Source: Methyloversatilis discipulorum (GTDB taxonomy: Bacteria; Armatimonadota; Fimbriimonadia; Fimbriimonadales; Fimbriimonadaceae). Taken from it: DNA of 64,000 nucleotides. The stretch is from positions 103,953 to 167,952 of the forward strand of contig CALRVI020000001.1 in assembly GCA_943371575.1 (NCBI GenBank), in the 5' to 3' direction. The translations under genes were made by a program, and so were the position numbers. Of this stretch, positions 19,258-27,985 are shown piece after piece (within the stretch, counting starts at the first letter, position 1; the number at the start of each line of letters is the position of its first letter). The notes beneath the pieces are model-generated. The model had not been told where the DNA came from. It saw nothing but the letters and a program-made list of their open reading frames with translations, and searched no databases.

Positions 19258-20138
19258 ACCGGCGACCCAACAAAACTTTGTGGGCGGCCCTGATCTTCGC
19301 CCTGCTCATCATCCTGGGATGTGGCGGCGGTGGTGGAGGAGTGGCTCCGAGCAATGTCGACGTGTTTGGCAATGTCGTCTGGATTGAAACAGGGTCGGCG
19401 ACGGCTCCTCAAGCCACGGTTCGGATTGGCGATGTTTCGGCGCAAACCGACTCGTTCGATGGCTATTTCAGCCTCTCCGTTCCCGCCGGGGCGACCAGTC
19501 TGACCGTCACCTACGCCCCGACCTCGACGAGCCCACCGATTGTCCGTACCTTCACGTTTCCTGCGGCCACCGTCGATCGTGATCTCGGCGAAATCTACAT
19601 TGGTCCAGACGAGGTCATCGTCACAGGAATTCTCCGTGACTCGGCGACAAATTCACCAGTAAGTGGTGGAAATATCACCATCGCTGGCCGAAGCGCCACG
19701 AGCGCGGCGGACGGGAGATTCAGTGTTCCCAACGTCGCCTACAGTGGCTCGACCCTCAGCGTTTTCCTTGGATTGCAAGGCCGAGTGACCGCAACGGGTT
19801 ACTTCACGAGCTTCTTCAATCCTCCCAGCGGCGCGGTCGGCGGGTTTGTCGATGTCGGCACGGTGCTGATGACTTCGCAAGGGAGCGGAACTCCGCCGCC
19901 GATTCCGAGCAACGTCAACGGAACTGCGGCCCCCAATGCCGCCGGCGCGACAATTCAGGTTCTCCAGGGAGCTTCAGTGATCCGCACCACGACGGTGGAC
20001 GGACTCGGCCAGTTCAAACTCTGGCTGCCCGTGGGCACCTACACCGTCCAAGCGACCCTCGGGGCGCGAAGCGGAAGCACCCCCTTGACGATTTCGGACG
20101 TCCAACAAATAGTCAACGTCAATGTCACTCTCAATTAG
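19254..20138 (+). CDS. Lipoprotein with carboxypeptidase-regulatory-like domains
   Basis: Lipobox LIFALLIILGCGGGGGG. Segments VTGILRDSATNSPVSGGNITIAGRSATSAADGRFSV and a C-terminal unit VDGLGQFKLWLPVGTYTV. Confidence 0.55.
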   Translation: MNRRPNKTLWAALIFALLIILGCGGGGGGVAPSNVDVFGNVVWIETGSATAPQATVRIGDVSAQTDSFDGYFSLSVPAGATSLTVTYAPTSTSPPIVRTFTFPAATVDRDLGEIYIGPDEVIVTGILRDSATNSPVSGGNITIAGRSATSAADGRFSVPNVAYSGSTLSVFLGLQGRVTATGYFTSFFNPPSGAVGGFVDVGTVLMTSQGSGTPPPIPSNVNGTAAPNAAGATIQVLQGASVIRTTTVDGLGQFKLWLPVGTYTVQATLGARSGSTPLTISDVQQIVNVNVTLN

Positions 20139-21570
20139 GTCGGCCCGCTCCACTGCACTCACCGCCATCCTGCTCTGCGTGGTAGGTGCGGTGGGATTTG
20201 TCTCCGTGCGGTGGGTGACCGACGTCGTGAAGAGCGACGCACTCGCCCCCTACCGAGCCCAAAACACCCCGTTCAAGCTCGGCGAAGGCGTGATTATGGA
20301 GGGATTCTCCATCAATAGCTATCTCGGGAGCCGACTCGTCACCGAAGCAAAAGTGAAGGAAGCGGTCATCCGGGGCGATAGGAGTCTTGTGGATCTCAAG
20401 GGGGTCTACGACGGAAAGTTCTACGACGAGGACGGCAAAGTCTATCAGTTCAGCGCCAATGCGGCGACTTACGGCACCTACTCCAAGGCGATCATCGCCC
20501 GCGAAGGGATTCGGGTCTGGAACGAGAAGGTTGATCTCCAGGCGGCGGGCTTCGTTTACGACCACAACACACGCACGCTTGTGGTTGAAGGCGCGGTGAC
20601 CGGAAAGATCAACGGCGGAGACACCCGCGCCGAATCATTGGAGCTGAATCTGGCCAAAGGCAGCCTCTCCACGGGCAAGATCGCCTGGACAGGCCCGCTT
20701 CAAGTCGAAGGCCGTGGCCTGACCCGCTGGAGTATTTCAAGCGACAGCTCCAGCCACAAGGACGGCATCACCACCTTCATTAACGCCAAGGGCTCCGACA
20801 AGGACACGATTGTCAAAAGCGACAAGATGACCCACGATCGCACGAACGAAATCGTCACGGCTCAGGGCAATGTCGAGTACTTCGGGCAAGAAGCCAATGT
20901 GGACTGCGAAAAGGTCGTGATTGAGCGCAAGCTCGGTAAGGCCACCCTCACTGGCAAGAAGGTGACGATGCTCATCAAGCCCGAGGAAACTGCGCCGAAA
21001 GAGTCCCAAATTCCGCCGGTCAGCCCCTTGGTACCGGTTGATGTCGCGAACTCACGTCCGACAACCGGGGACACTCCGGAGGAAGAGGCCCGGCGTCGCG
21101 AAAATGAACAGATTCGCTCTCCGGAAAACCTGCGCCAGTATCCGCTCGCCATCACTGCAAGTAAGATTGAATATTGGTACCGCAAGGGTCAGCGTCGTGC
21201 CGTGGTGACGGGGTCTCCGTTTGCCCGCCAGGAACTCGGAGCGATGAAGTGGCGCGAGCTGTACGCCTTTCGTGCGGAATATGATGGTGAAAAGGAGCAG
21301 CTCCGGCTCTCCAGCCAGGGTTCGCAGCGCAACATCCGGGTGATCAACTCGATTGGCGATGATCTGCTCGCGGAGACCTTCATTGTCAGCACCAAGAAGG
21401 ACGACGACTCGTACGAAGGCACAAGGATCGAGGGGGTCTACATGGTGGACGACAACGATCTGCCTCAACAAAGCGGCTCAACGGGCGGCGGGACATCCAC
21501 TGGTGGGACGACAGGTGGCGGCACCACGGGCGGTTCCCCACCCACAGTTTCCGGCCGGATCGGAACGTAG
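20122..21570 (+). CDS. Membrane-anchored LptC/LptA (OstA_N)-like domain protein with Gly/Thr-rich tail
   Basis: N-terminal TM ALTAILLCVVGAVGFVSV. Repeated motifs of the type SDKMTHDRTNEIVTAQGNVEYFGQEANVDCEKVVIE resemble OstA/LptA beta-jellyroll signatures. The tail is GGGTSTGGTTGGGTTGG. Confidence 0.4.
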   Translation: MSLSIRSARSTALTAILLCVVGAVGFVSVRWVTDVVKSDALAPYRAQNTPFKLGEGVIMEGFSINSYLGSRLVTEAKVKEAVIRGDRSLVDLKGVYDGKFYDEDGKVYQFSANAATYGTYSKAIIAREGIRVWNEKVDLQAAGFVYDHNTRTLVVEGAVTGKINGGDTRAESLELNLAKGSLSTGKIAWTGPLQVEGRGLTRWSISSDSSSHKDGITTFINAKGSDKDTIVKSDKMTHDRTNEIVTAQGNVEYFGQEANVDCEKVVIERKLGKATLTGKKVTMLIKPEETAPKESQIPPVSPLVPVDVANSRPTTGDTPEEEARRRENEQIRSPENLRQYPLAITASKIEYWYRKGQRRAVVTGSPFARQELGAMKWRELYAFRAEYDGEKEQLRLSSQGSQRNIRVINSIGDDLLAETFIVSTKKDDDSYEGTRIEGVYMVDDNDLPQQSGSTGGGTSTGGTTGGGTTGGSPPTVSGRIGT

Positions 21571-21608
21571 CTCGCAGACATCTTTCCGACCAAAGCATCC
21601 ATCAAGCC

Positions 21609-21640
21609 CCCCCTTCCCCGAACGAAGTTTGGAGAGGGCG
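21609..21640 (-). repeat. Partial copy (hairpin half) of the nested-hairpin repeat
   Basis: ccccttccccgaacgaagtttggagagggcg is the reverse complement of the cgccctctccaaacttcgtt.gggg part of the consensus. Confidence 0.65.
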
Positions 21641-21766
21641 TGTGCGGGGGTCGGTTGTAAGGGGCCAAGTTCGGGTGAAAGAGACCAACTTTCAGTCACG
21701 GATTCCTCCCCCAGGATGGGGGAGGGCAGGGAGGGGGCCGCTCACGCGAAAGTCAGTGGTCATCCC

Positions 21767-21816
21767 GCCCCTCCCGGCCTTTGGCCACCCTCCCCAAACG
21801 GAGTTTGGAGAGGGCG
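21767..21816 (-). repeat. Full copy of the ~50-nt nested-hairpin repeat (inverted), intergenic
   Basis: gcccctcccggcctttggccaccctccccaaacggagtttggagagggcg. Confidence 0.9.
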
Positions 21817-21927
21817 AGTGCGGCAGTCGTCCCCAGGTGCGAAAGGGACGGATCCCAAACAGGAGGAATTGGGTGCCCCGATCCCTTTAGGGTCGGGATT
21901 TCTGCACACGCAACCAACTAACGCCCA

Positions 21928-21977
21928 CGCCCTCTCCGAGCTCGACTCGGGGAGGGTGGCCAACGGCCGGGAGGGGC
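21928..21977 (+). repeat. Full copy of the ~50-nt nested-hairpin repeat, intergenic
   Basis: cgccctctccgagctcgactcggggagggtggccaacggccgggaggggc (GAGC/CTCG stem variant). Confidence 0.9.
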
Positions 21978-22105
21978 TGAGTACCACTCAGCTTCAAAAC
22001 AAAGGACACCCCCCAATCCCCAATTTTGCGAAACCGACAAAGGATCAACCCCTGGAGCTCCGTGGCTGAAGACAGCACCGGGACATCAGCGGTACTCTGC
22101 CCCTC

Positions 22106-22561
22106 ATGCCCATCGAGATCTTGAATCAGACCGGAAAACGCATGGTGCTCGCCCCGATGCGGCTTGCCCTCGAAGCAGGCTTGCGAGACCTCCAGCGCGA
22201 GGAAGCCGGGCTCCAGGTGGTCATTCTTGCGAACGAGGAGATGCGGTCGCTTAACCGGGAGACCCGGCAGGTGGATGCCGAAACCGATGTCCTCAGCTTC
22301 CCCGCACCGAATCTCCCCGGATTCGAGAACTGGCTGGGAGAAATCGCGATCAGCATCGACTTTGCCCGTGCCCAAGCCACGAGTCGCAAAGTGCGCGTGG
22401 TCGATGAGCTCGCAATGCTGGCGATCCACGGACTCCTTCATCTCGCCGGATTCGACGACGAGCAAGAAGAAGCGCGCGCCCAGATGGTCGATCGCCAGAA
22501 CAGAATCCTTGCCTCCGTCAACCTTCCCACCGACGCCGACTGGCACTCGTTGCCGCACTAA
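22106..22561 (+). CDS. ybeY: Endoribonuclease YbeY (rRNA maturation factor)
   Basis: ETDVLSFP and HGLLHLAGFDD (YbeY H-G-x-L-H-L-x-G-x-D metal motif), about 150 aa. Confidence 0.9.
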   Translation: MPIEILNQTGKRMVLAPMRLALEAGLRDLQREEAGLQVVILANEEMRSLNRETRQVDAETDVLSFPAPNLPGFENWLGEIAISIDFARAQATSRKVRVVDELAMLAIHGLLHLAGFDDEQEEARAQMVDRQNRILASVNLPTDADWHSLPH

Positions 22562-22608
22562 CAAATCCTTCGCTCCCGGTGAAAATCCGGGTACATAGAG
22601 CAGAACGC

Positions 22609-23319
22609 ATGGCACGGCGCGATCTCATCGGACCCTTCCGGGTGGCTTTCACAGGAATCGTCCACACCTTCCGCACCCAGCGGCACATGCGGATTCACCT
22701 CTACGTCACCTTCGTGACCGTGCTTGCCGCGATTGCCTTCCGCCTTGGCCTGCGCGAAATTCTGATCCTCCTCTTCATGATCACCTTCGTGCTTGTGGCG
22801 GAGATGTTCAACAGTGCCATCGAAGCGACCGTCGATCTCGTCTCACCGAACTACCACCCTCTGGCCAAGTTTGCCAAGGATATCGCGGCTGGAGCGGTGC
22901 TCATCACCACGATCATGGCGATCATCGTGGGCTCGCTGATTGCGGTTGGCGATGGTCAGTTGGAGCGCATTCGCATCAGTCTCGCCGGAGAAGGGATCGG
23001 CATGTCCGCCACCTGGAAGCTGATTCTTGGCGTGCTGGCCGCCGTGGTCATCACGATCATCGGCAAGGGCCTCGGTTCACGCGGCCAGGTGCTCCAAGGC
23101 GGACTCGTGAGCGGTCACGCCGCGATTGGCTTCTTCCTCGCCACCAGCGTCCTCATGATTTCCGGCCAGGTGCTCGTGGGAGCCATCGCGATTCTCCTTG
23201 CCGCGATCATTGCCCAAAGCCGCTGGGAAGCCAAGTTCCACAGCATCTTCGAACTCTCGCTTGGTGCAACGGTGGGAGTCATTCTTGGACTTTTGATTTT
23301 CGGAATTCTGCCGAAGTGA
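22609..23319 (+). CDS. dgkA: Diacylglycerol/undecaprenol kinase (DgkA) fused to a PAP2-like membrane phosphatase-like C-terminal module
   Basis: The N-terminal half has FRTQRHMRIHL, VAEMFNSAIEATVDLVSP and AKDIAAGAVL, the DgkA signatures. The C-terminal ~115 aa add further TM helices carrying VSGH and SRWEAKFHSIFE (SR-x5-H-x3-E), close to PAP2 motifs C2/C3. An alternative GTG start lies at 22579. Confidence 0.7.
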   Translation: MARRDLIGPFRVAFTGIVHTFRTQRHMRIHLYVTFVTVLAAIAFRLGLREILILLFMITFVLVAEMFNSAIEATVDLVSPNYHPLAKFAKDIAAGAVLITTIMAIIVGSLIAVGDGQLERIRISLAGEGIGMSATWKLILGVLAAVVITIIGKGLGSRGQVLQGGLVSGHAAIGFFLATSVLMISGQVLVGAIAILLAAIIAQSRWEAKFHSIFELSLGATVGVILGLLIFGILPK

Positions 23320-23342
23320 TACAATAGTCAAAACGACGCCCT

Positions 23343-24842
23343 ATGAGCAGTGACCCTAGCGAACGTAGGCGGCGTTCTCAACCTGGGATGAATCAGGCAG
23401 GCAGCGGTCGACCCGCGGTTCTCGCCCTCATCGCGATCTCCCTTCCGGTGATCGCCCTCGCCCAAGGTTTGAACGCTGCTGACCGCACAAAAGCCTTCGA
23501 TCTGTTGGCCAATCCGAGTTACCTCGGCTTTCTTCTCCTCGCTTTCGTGGCGGTGATGGTACTCAACGGCATCTTCGTTGCCGGCGATGTCGCCGTCGAT
23601 GCCCTGAAGCCCAGCCACGTCAAGGCTTTCCCTGAGGAATCACGCGAATCTCGAACCCTCGGCGACTTGCTCAAAAAGCGCGATGCCGTGGTCGCCGCGT
23701 CGGTGCTAGGGGCGCAGACGATGCGTTCCTGGCTCATCATGCTCTGCTTCCTGGCTGCCCCCTGGTTTGGCCGCCAGATCGGCCTGGTGCCGCAGGAGCC
23801 GACTCCGGGCGATCTCTTTTGGGGATCGGTTCTCGCCGCGCTCATTCTCAGCATCCCTGCGATGGGCATCAATGTGGCCTTCTTCGAGCTCGTCGGCAAA
23901 GCCTACGGCTCGACCCGCCCAGTGAAAGCAAGCCTTGGTCTGGCCGGAATTCTCACCGTTTTCACGTTCCTCTTCCAGATTCCCGGCAACATCGCAATGA
24001 AACTCGCCGGGCTTGTCACCCAGAGATTCGGTACGGACGCCCGCTTTAGCAGCGACTCCAAAGCCGAAGAAGAAATCCGAGAAATCCTCGAATCGAGCGA
24101 GGAATCGGGCGAGATTGAAGAAGACGAGCGCGAAATGCTCCACTCCGTCTTCGAATTCGGCGACACCGTGGCCCGCGAAGTCATGACTCCCCGCGTGGAT
24201 GTCGAAAGTGTGCCGATCACGGCAAGCCTTTCTGAGATTGCCGCGCTTGTCGAGCAAACCGGCCACTCCCGATTCCCGGTTTACCAAGAAAGCGATGACC
24301 ACATCATCGGTATTGTCCACGCCAAGGATCTGCTCGGAGCCTTCGCGCGTGGTCAGGGCGATATTCCGCTGTCTCAACTCATCCGCCCCGCGGTTCACGT
24401 GCCGGAGAACAAGGATCTTCACGAGCTTCTCAGCGAGATGAAGGCGAAGAAGGTGCAGCTCGCGATCCTCGCCGACGAATTCGGCGCGACGGCGGGCATT
24501 GTCACCATCGAGGACATCATCGAGGAGATCGTGGGCGAGATTGCCGACGAGTACGACAACGAAGTCCCCGAGGTCACGGCCCACGAATCGGGCTATCTCG
24601 TCAGCGGAAAGCTCCACATTGACGACGTCAACGACACCATCGGTACCGAGTTCGAGAGTGAAGAATTCGACACGATTGGCGGCTATGTCTTCGGCCTCTT
24701 TGGTCGGCAGCCCAAGGTCGGGGAATCGCTCGAGGAAGACGGCTTCCGCTTCACCATCGCCGAAAGCGACGGTCGCCGCATCCTGCGCGTGCATGTTGAA
24801 GAGATCAAAGACGAAGAGACGGCGGTCTCCGAAGTCGTTTAA
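23343..24842 (+). CDS. CNNM/DUF21 + CBS pair + CorC_HlyC domain transporter (TlyC/CorB-like)
   Basis: Four N-terminal TM helices, then EEDEREMLHSVFEFGDTVAREVMTPR (typical DUF21-CBS junction), two CBS units, and a C-terminal FDTIGGYVFGLFGRQPKVGE...RILRVHV (CorC_HlyC). Confidence 0.85.
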   Translation: MSSDPSERRRRSQPGMNQAGSGRPAVLALIAISLPVIALAQGLNAADRTKAFDLLANPSYLGFLLLAFVAVMVLNGIFVAGDVAVDALKPSHVKAFPEESRESRTLGDLLKKRDAVVAASVLGAQTMRSWLIMLCFLAAPWFGRQIGLVPQEPTPGDLFWGSVLAALILSIPAMGINVAFFELVGKAYGSTRPVKASLGLAGILTVFTFLFQIPGNIAMKLAGLVTQRFGTDARFSSDSKAEEEIREILESSEESGEIEEDEREMLHSVFEFGDTVAREVMTPRVDVESVPITASLSEIAALVEQTGHSRFPVYQESDDHIIGIVHAKDLLGAFARGQGDIPLSQLIRPAVHVPENKDLHELLSEMKAKKVQLAILADEFGATAGIVTIEDIIEEIVGEIADEYDNEVPEVTAHESGYLVSGKLHIDDVNDTIGTEFESEEFDTIGGYVFGLFGRQPKVGESLEEDGFRFTIAESDGRRILRVHVEEIKDEETAVSEVV

Positions 24843-25930
24843 CTTCGCAGCATCTTGAGCAGGAGTTCCGCAGACGCATCGAGCGCATTCGCGGGGCCGA
24901 GAATCGTCTCGAGCTCCGCGAAAGCCGCGAGTTGCTCGCTGGGGTCGGCCATGAGCCCGTCGAGCAGCTCCCGAATCTTCGTCGGGTTCGCCTCCCACTG
25001 AATCAGCTCCGGGAGCACTTTTCGTCCGAGCAGGATATTCGGCAAGGAGATGAATTCGATGTTGGGGCGCCGGATTTTGTATTCAATCTCCATCGCCTTG
25101 CTCCCGCGATACACCACGGTGGTCGGGCATCCACAAAGCGCACTCTCCAGAGTCGCCGTGCCGCTGCACACGAGAGCCGCACGAGAGGATTTCAGCATCG
25201 GATACAGGTCGCCATGGAAGGTCGCCTCGCCGCCGCCATGAGCCTTCCAAAGCTCGCGGAGTCTCGTTTCCCCCAAGTTTGCCGCAACCGAAACCCGAAT
25301 CGGCCCGAGCCCCTTCACCGATTCGATCAGCACCGGGAGGTTGTGGGTGACTTCGTGCTCTCGGCTACCGGGAAGAAGGGCCACGCCGCTCCGCTCTGCC
25401 TCAGGAACCTCAGCCTGCGCGACCATCTGTCGAAGAGGGTGTCCAAACCAGTGCGCCGAGCCCCCCATTTTCGTGAGAATCTCCGCGCTCCACGAGAACG
25501 GGGTCACGATCTCATGGCTGACAACCGGCATATCCGCGCCCTGTTTGTCCTTCCGCCAGCTTCCCGGCGGGACGAAGTAGAGCACCTTCCAACCTTGGGA
25601 CTTGGCGTATCGGGCGAGTTTGATGTTCATGTAGCCGAAGTCAATCGGCACACAAACCCCCGGTTGCCCCGTGCGGAGAGCCCTCTTTGCCGCCAGATAT
25701 CCTCGGAAGATCGTAGGAGCCCGAAGCGCGGATTCGATGATCCCGATCGCCCCCCATCGACTCGAATCGGCAACCAGCCTGCCGCCATCTGCCGCCAAGC
25801 GTTTGCCTCCGACGCCCTCAATCGAAACCGGCCCACCCAAGTCACGAACCACCCGGCGGGCGAGCTGAGCCGCATAAGCATCGCCGCTCGCCTCGCCCGC
25901 CGAGAAGAAGAGTCGCGGAGCCGTCGCCAA
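24839..25930 (-). CDS. lpxB: Lipid-A-disaccharide synthase
   Basis: N-terminus LFFSAGEASGDAYAAQLARRV (GEASGD), about 360 aa, with PGSREHEV and a SGTATLE segment characteristic of LpxB. Confidence 0.85.
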   Translation of the reverse strand: MATAPRLFFSAGEASGDAYAAQLARRVVRDLGGPVSIEGVGGKRLAADGGRLVADSSRWGAIGIIESALRAPTIFRGYLAAKRALRTGQPGVCVPIDFGYMNIKLARYAKSQGWKVLYFVPPGSWRKDKQGADMPVVSHEIVTPFSWSAEILTKMGGSAHWFGHPLRQMVAQAEVPEAERSGVALLPGSREHEVTHNLPVLIESVKGLGPIRVSVAANLGETRLRELWKAHGGGEATFHGDLYPMLKSSRAALVCSGTATLESALCGCPTTVVYRGSKAMEIEYKIRRPNIEFISLPNILLGRKVLPELIQWEANPTKIRELLDGLMADPSEQLAAFAELETILGPANALDASAELLLKMLRS

Positions 25931-25936
25931 GCCGGA

Positions 25937-27031
25937 TTACCCGTTGCGCTCGGCGAATCCGCGCATGAAGTCCGCCAGAGCCTTCGCACCTTCCTCGGGG
26001 AAGGCGTTGTAGACGCTCGCCCGGAGTCCGCCCACGCTGCGGTGACCCTTCAGTTCGAGATAACCTTCGGCCTTGGTTTCCTCCAGGAACTTGGTGGTCA
26101 GATCTTCGGTCGGAAGGGTGAACGGAATGTTCATGAGGCTTCGGTTCGCCTCCACCGCGTGGCCCTTGTAGAACCCACCGCTGGCATCAATCACGCCGTA
26201 GATATGCGCCGCCTTGGCCTTGTTCATCTCCTCCACTTTGGCGAGACCGCCAAAGTTGATCCAGTGTCGAAACACCAGCCCCGCGATGTACACCGACCAG
26301 CACGGCGGGGTGTTGTACATCCAACCATTGTCGACGTGGGTTTTGTAGTCGAGCATCGGCGGCAGACCCGGCGTGATGCGCTCGACCATATCGTCGCGAA
26401 GGATCACGAGCGTGACGCCGCTCGGCCCGAGGTTCTTTTGGGCACCGGCGTAGATCATCGCGTAACGGCTGACATCAAAGGGTCGGGAGGCGATGTTGGA
26501 GCTCATGTCGCAGATCCAATCGCGACCATCCGCCGGAGGATCAGCCGCGAAATCCACGCCCTGAATGGTCTCGTTCATCGTGAAGTGAACATAGCGTGCC
26601 CCGTCGTTGTGGGCCAGATCGCCGTAGGCTGGAGCGTGGTTGTAGGCACTCTCCTTGGCATCGTAGATCGCTTTGGGATCGCCTTCGAGCTTGGCTGCAG
26701 CGATTCCCTTCTTGCTCCATTCCCCGGTGGTGATGTAGTCCGCCGAGCCTCCGCGCAGGAAGTTCTGGGCGATCATCGTGAATTGCAGGCTCGCGCCGCC
26801 CTGCAGGAAGAGGATTTTGTAGTTGTCCGGGATCCCCATCAGGGTACGGGTATCGGCTTCAGCCGCCTCAGCAACCTTGATGAAGGCCTTGCCCCGGTGG
26901 CTCATTTCCATGATGCTCATGCCGGCGCCCTGCCAGTTCAGCATCTCGTCGCGGGCTTGCTCCAGCACCGGCACAGGGATCGCCCCCGGCCCGGCGGAGA
27001 AGTTGAAGACACGATTGTAGCCTTGGCTCAT
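25937..27031 (-). CDS. serC: Phosphoserine aminotransferase
   Basis: FNFSAGPGAIPVPVLEQARDEMLNWQGAGMSIMEMSHRGK is the SerC N-terminal signature. GAQKNLGPSGVT contains the PLP-Lys motif. Confidence 0.9.
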   Translation of the reverse strand: MSQGYNRVFNFSAGPGAIPVPVLEQARDEMLNWQGAGMSIMEMSHRGKAFIKVAEAAEADTRTLMGIPDNYKILFLQGGASLQFTMIAQNFLRGGSADYITTGEWSKKGIAAAKLEGDPKAIYDAKESAYNHAPAYGDLAHNDGARYVHFTMNETIQGVDFAADPPADGRDWICDMSSNIASRPFDVSRYAMIYAGAQKNLGPSGVTLVILRDDMVERITPGLPPMLDYKTHVDNGWMYNTPPCWSVYIAGLVFRHWINFGGLAKVEEMNKAKAAHIYGVIDASGGFYKGHAVEANRSLMNIPFTLPTEDLTTKFLEETKAEGYLELKGHRSVGGLRASVYNAFPEEGAKALADFMRGFAERNG

Positions 27032-27079
27032 GCCGCCAGTTTAGCCGAGCCAGGAGTTGCGAAACAGGCTTCTTTGTCC

Positions 27080-27931
27080 TTATCGAGCGAACTCAATCTC
27101 GGAGATCAGAGAGACCGCCCGTCCATCGACCCGTATCGCATAAAGCGCCTCGCGCTCGCCGTCCTCCAGTCGCCCTCGAAAGGTGATGAAGCGCGGGTCT
27201 TGGGTCGGCCTCGGGTCGTACGCCGTTGACCCTACCGGAGAGAGTCGCACTGCGCTTGATGCACCGGATCGAATGAGGAACACGGCTTGCCAGTCATCCT
27301 TTTTCGCCGCGAAAATCCAATCATTCTCGGTGCCGGGGAGCGCCGTGATGCTCGTGATCTCCGTGCCCTGAGAAAGCCCACTGACAAATGATCGGGCGTT
27401 GAAGTCGATCTCGGTTCGATCGTTGAGATCAAACTTCTTCCATCCCGAGGCCGTCGGATAAATCGCCGTGCGTTCGTCGCCGGAGATCGCCGCGTTGCCA
27501 GTGGCCTTGCCGAGATCAAACGAGAGACCGATCGGCTTGAAATCCGGCCCGTAAACCCGCGCGACCGATCCATCCTGATCTTTGATCGTGACAAGCAGTC
27601 GATCGGATCGCGGGAACCAGGCGATGTGGGTCACTTCACCCGCACTCAGCTTGGTGTTGAAGCTTTCTCCCGGGCTATTGCCGAGAGGCAATCTGCGGAC
27701 GCTGAGCGTCGGGACATCACCCGGAATGGCGTGGGCGAGCAGAGTCCCGTTCCGGTTCACCGCCGGATGCCGACCAGGCCCGAGGTTTTCTGAGTTCTTG
27801 GCAAACTCTTGCACCACAATCTCGCGCCGCTGACTCGAACTGTGCACGCCCTCCCACGCCACCGGGAACACGGCTCGGGGCACGTCCTTGAGCGATTGCC
27901 CGAGCACGATCATCGCAAAGATTGCCGACAT
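27080..27931 (-). CDS. Periplasmic beta-propeller-like protein (TolB/PD40-like), function unknown
   Basis: Start taken at MSAIFAMIVLG (signal-like); the longer ORF to 28111 would overlap queC. Recurrent short strands such as AWFPRSDRLLV, AISGDERTAIY and ALPGTENDWIF resemble PD40/WD-like blades. Confidence 0.35.
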   Translation of the reverse strand: MSAIFAMIVLGQSLKDVPRAVFPVAWEGVHSSSQRREIVVQEFAKNSENLGPGRHPAVNRNGTLLAHAIPGDVPTLSVRRLPLGNSPGESFNTKLSAGEVTHIAWFPRSDRLLVTIKDQDGSVARVYGPDFKPIGLSFDLGKATGNAAISGDERTAIYPTASGWKKFDLNDRTEIDFNARSFVSGLSQGTEITSITALPGTENDWIFAAKKDDWQAVFLIRSGASSAVRLSPVGSTAYDPRPTQDPRFITFRGRLEDGEREALYAIRVDGRAVSLISEIEFAR

Positions 27932-27985
27932 ACAGAGTGAAGACGTCTGGCCCCGGAGATTCGGTACGCCTCCTGGTACCTTGGG

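Noticed and set aside
10860-21977. Possibility that the recurring ~50-nt repeats are a CRISPR array.
   Set aside because: Copies are kilobases apart or irregularly spaced, occur in both orientations, differ by compensatory changes and lie inside genes. There is no regular repeat-spacer periodicity and no cas genes.
21353-22069. 238-aa ORF spanning the lptC-like/ybeY intergenic region, and similar ORFs at 776-1126, 10706-10951 and 11235-12563 sharing PPGLWPPSPNGVWRGR-type peptides.
   Set aside because: The shared peptide is just the translation of the nested-hairpin repeat in one frame. These ORFs are stitched together from repeat copies and have no start/RBS context.
24839-24842. Convergent 4-nt overlap of the CNNM/CorC and lpxB stop codons as a regulatory feature.
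   Set aside because: This is simply TTAA read as TAA on both strands, which is common in compact genomes. No hairpin or other signal is attached to it.
24932-27229. Very long ORFs antisense to well-supported genes. Examples: 24932-27229 (765 aa) opposite lpxB/serC, 1166-2143, 8138-9328, 9021-10424, 23706-24998, 30666-32171, 51005-52171, 12292-13560.
   Set aside because: These are typical high-GC shadow ORFs. They are Arg/Gly/Pro/Ala-rich and low-complexity, with no motifs. Each is fully overlapped by a gene with clear family signatures on the other strand.
27932-27985. preQ1 riboswitch upstream of queC.
   Set aside because: Only 54 nt separate the divergent starts, and I see no preQ1-I/II-like hairpin with an A-rich tail. 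Not supportable by eye.
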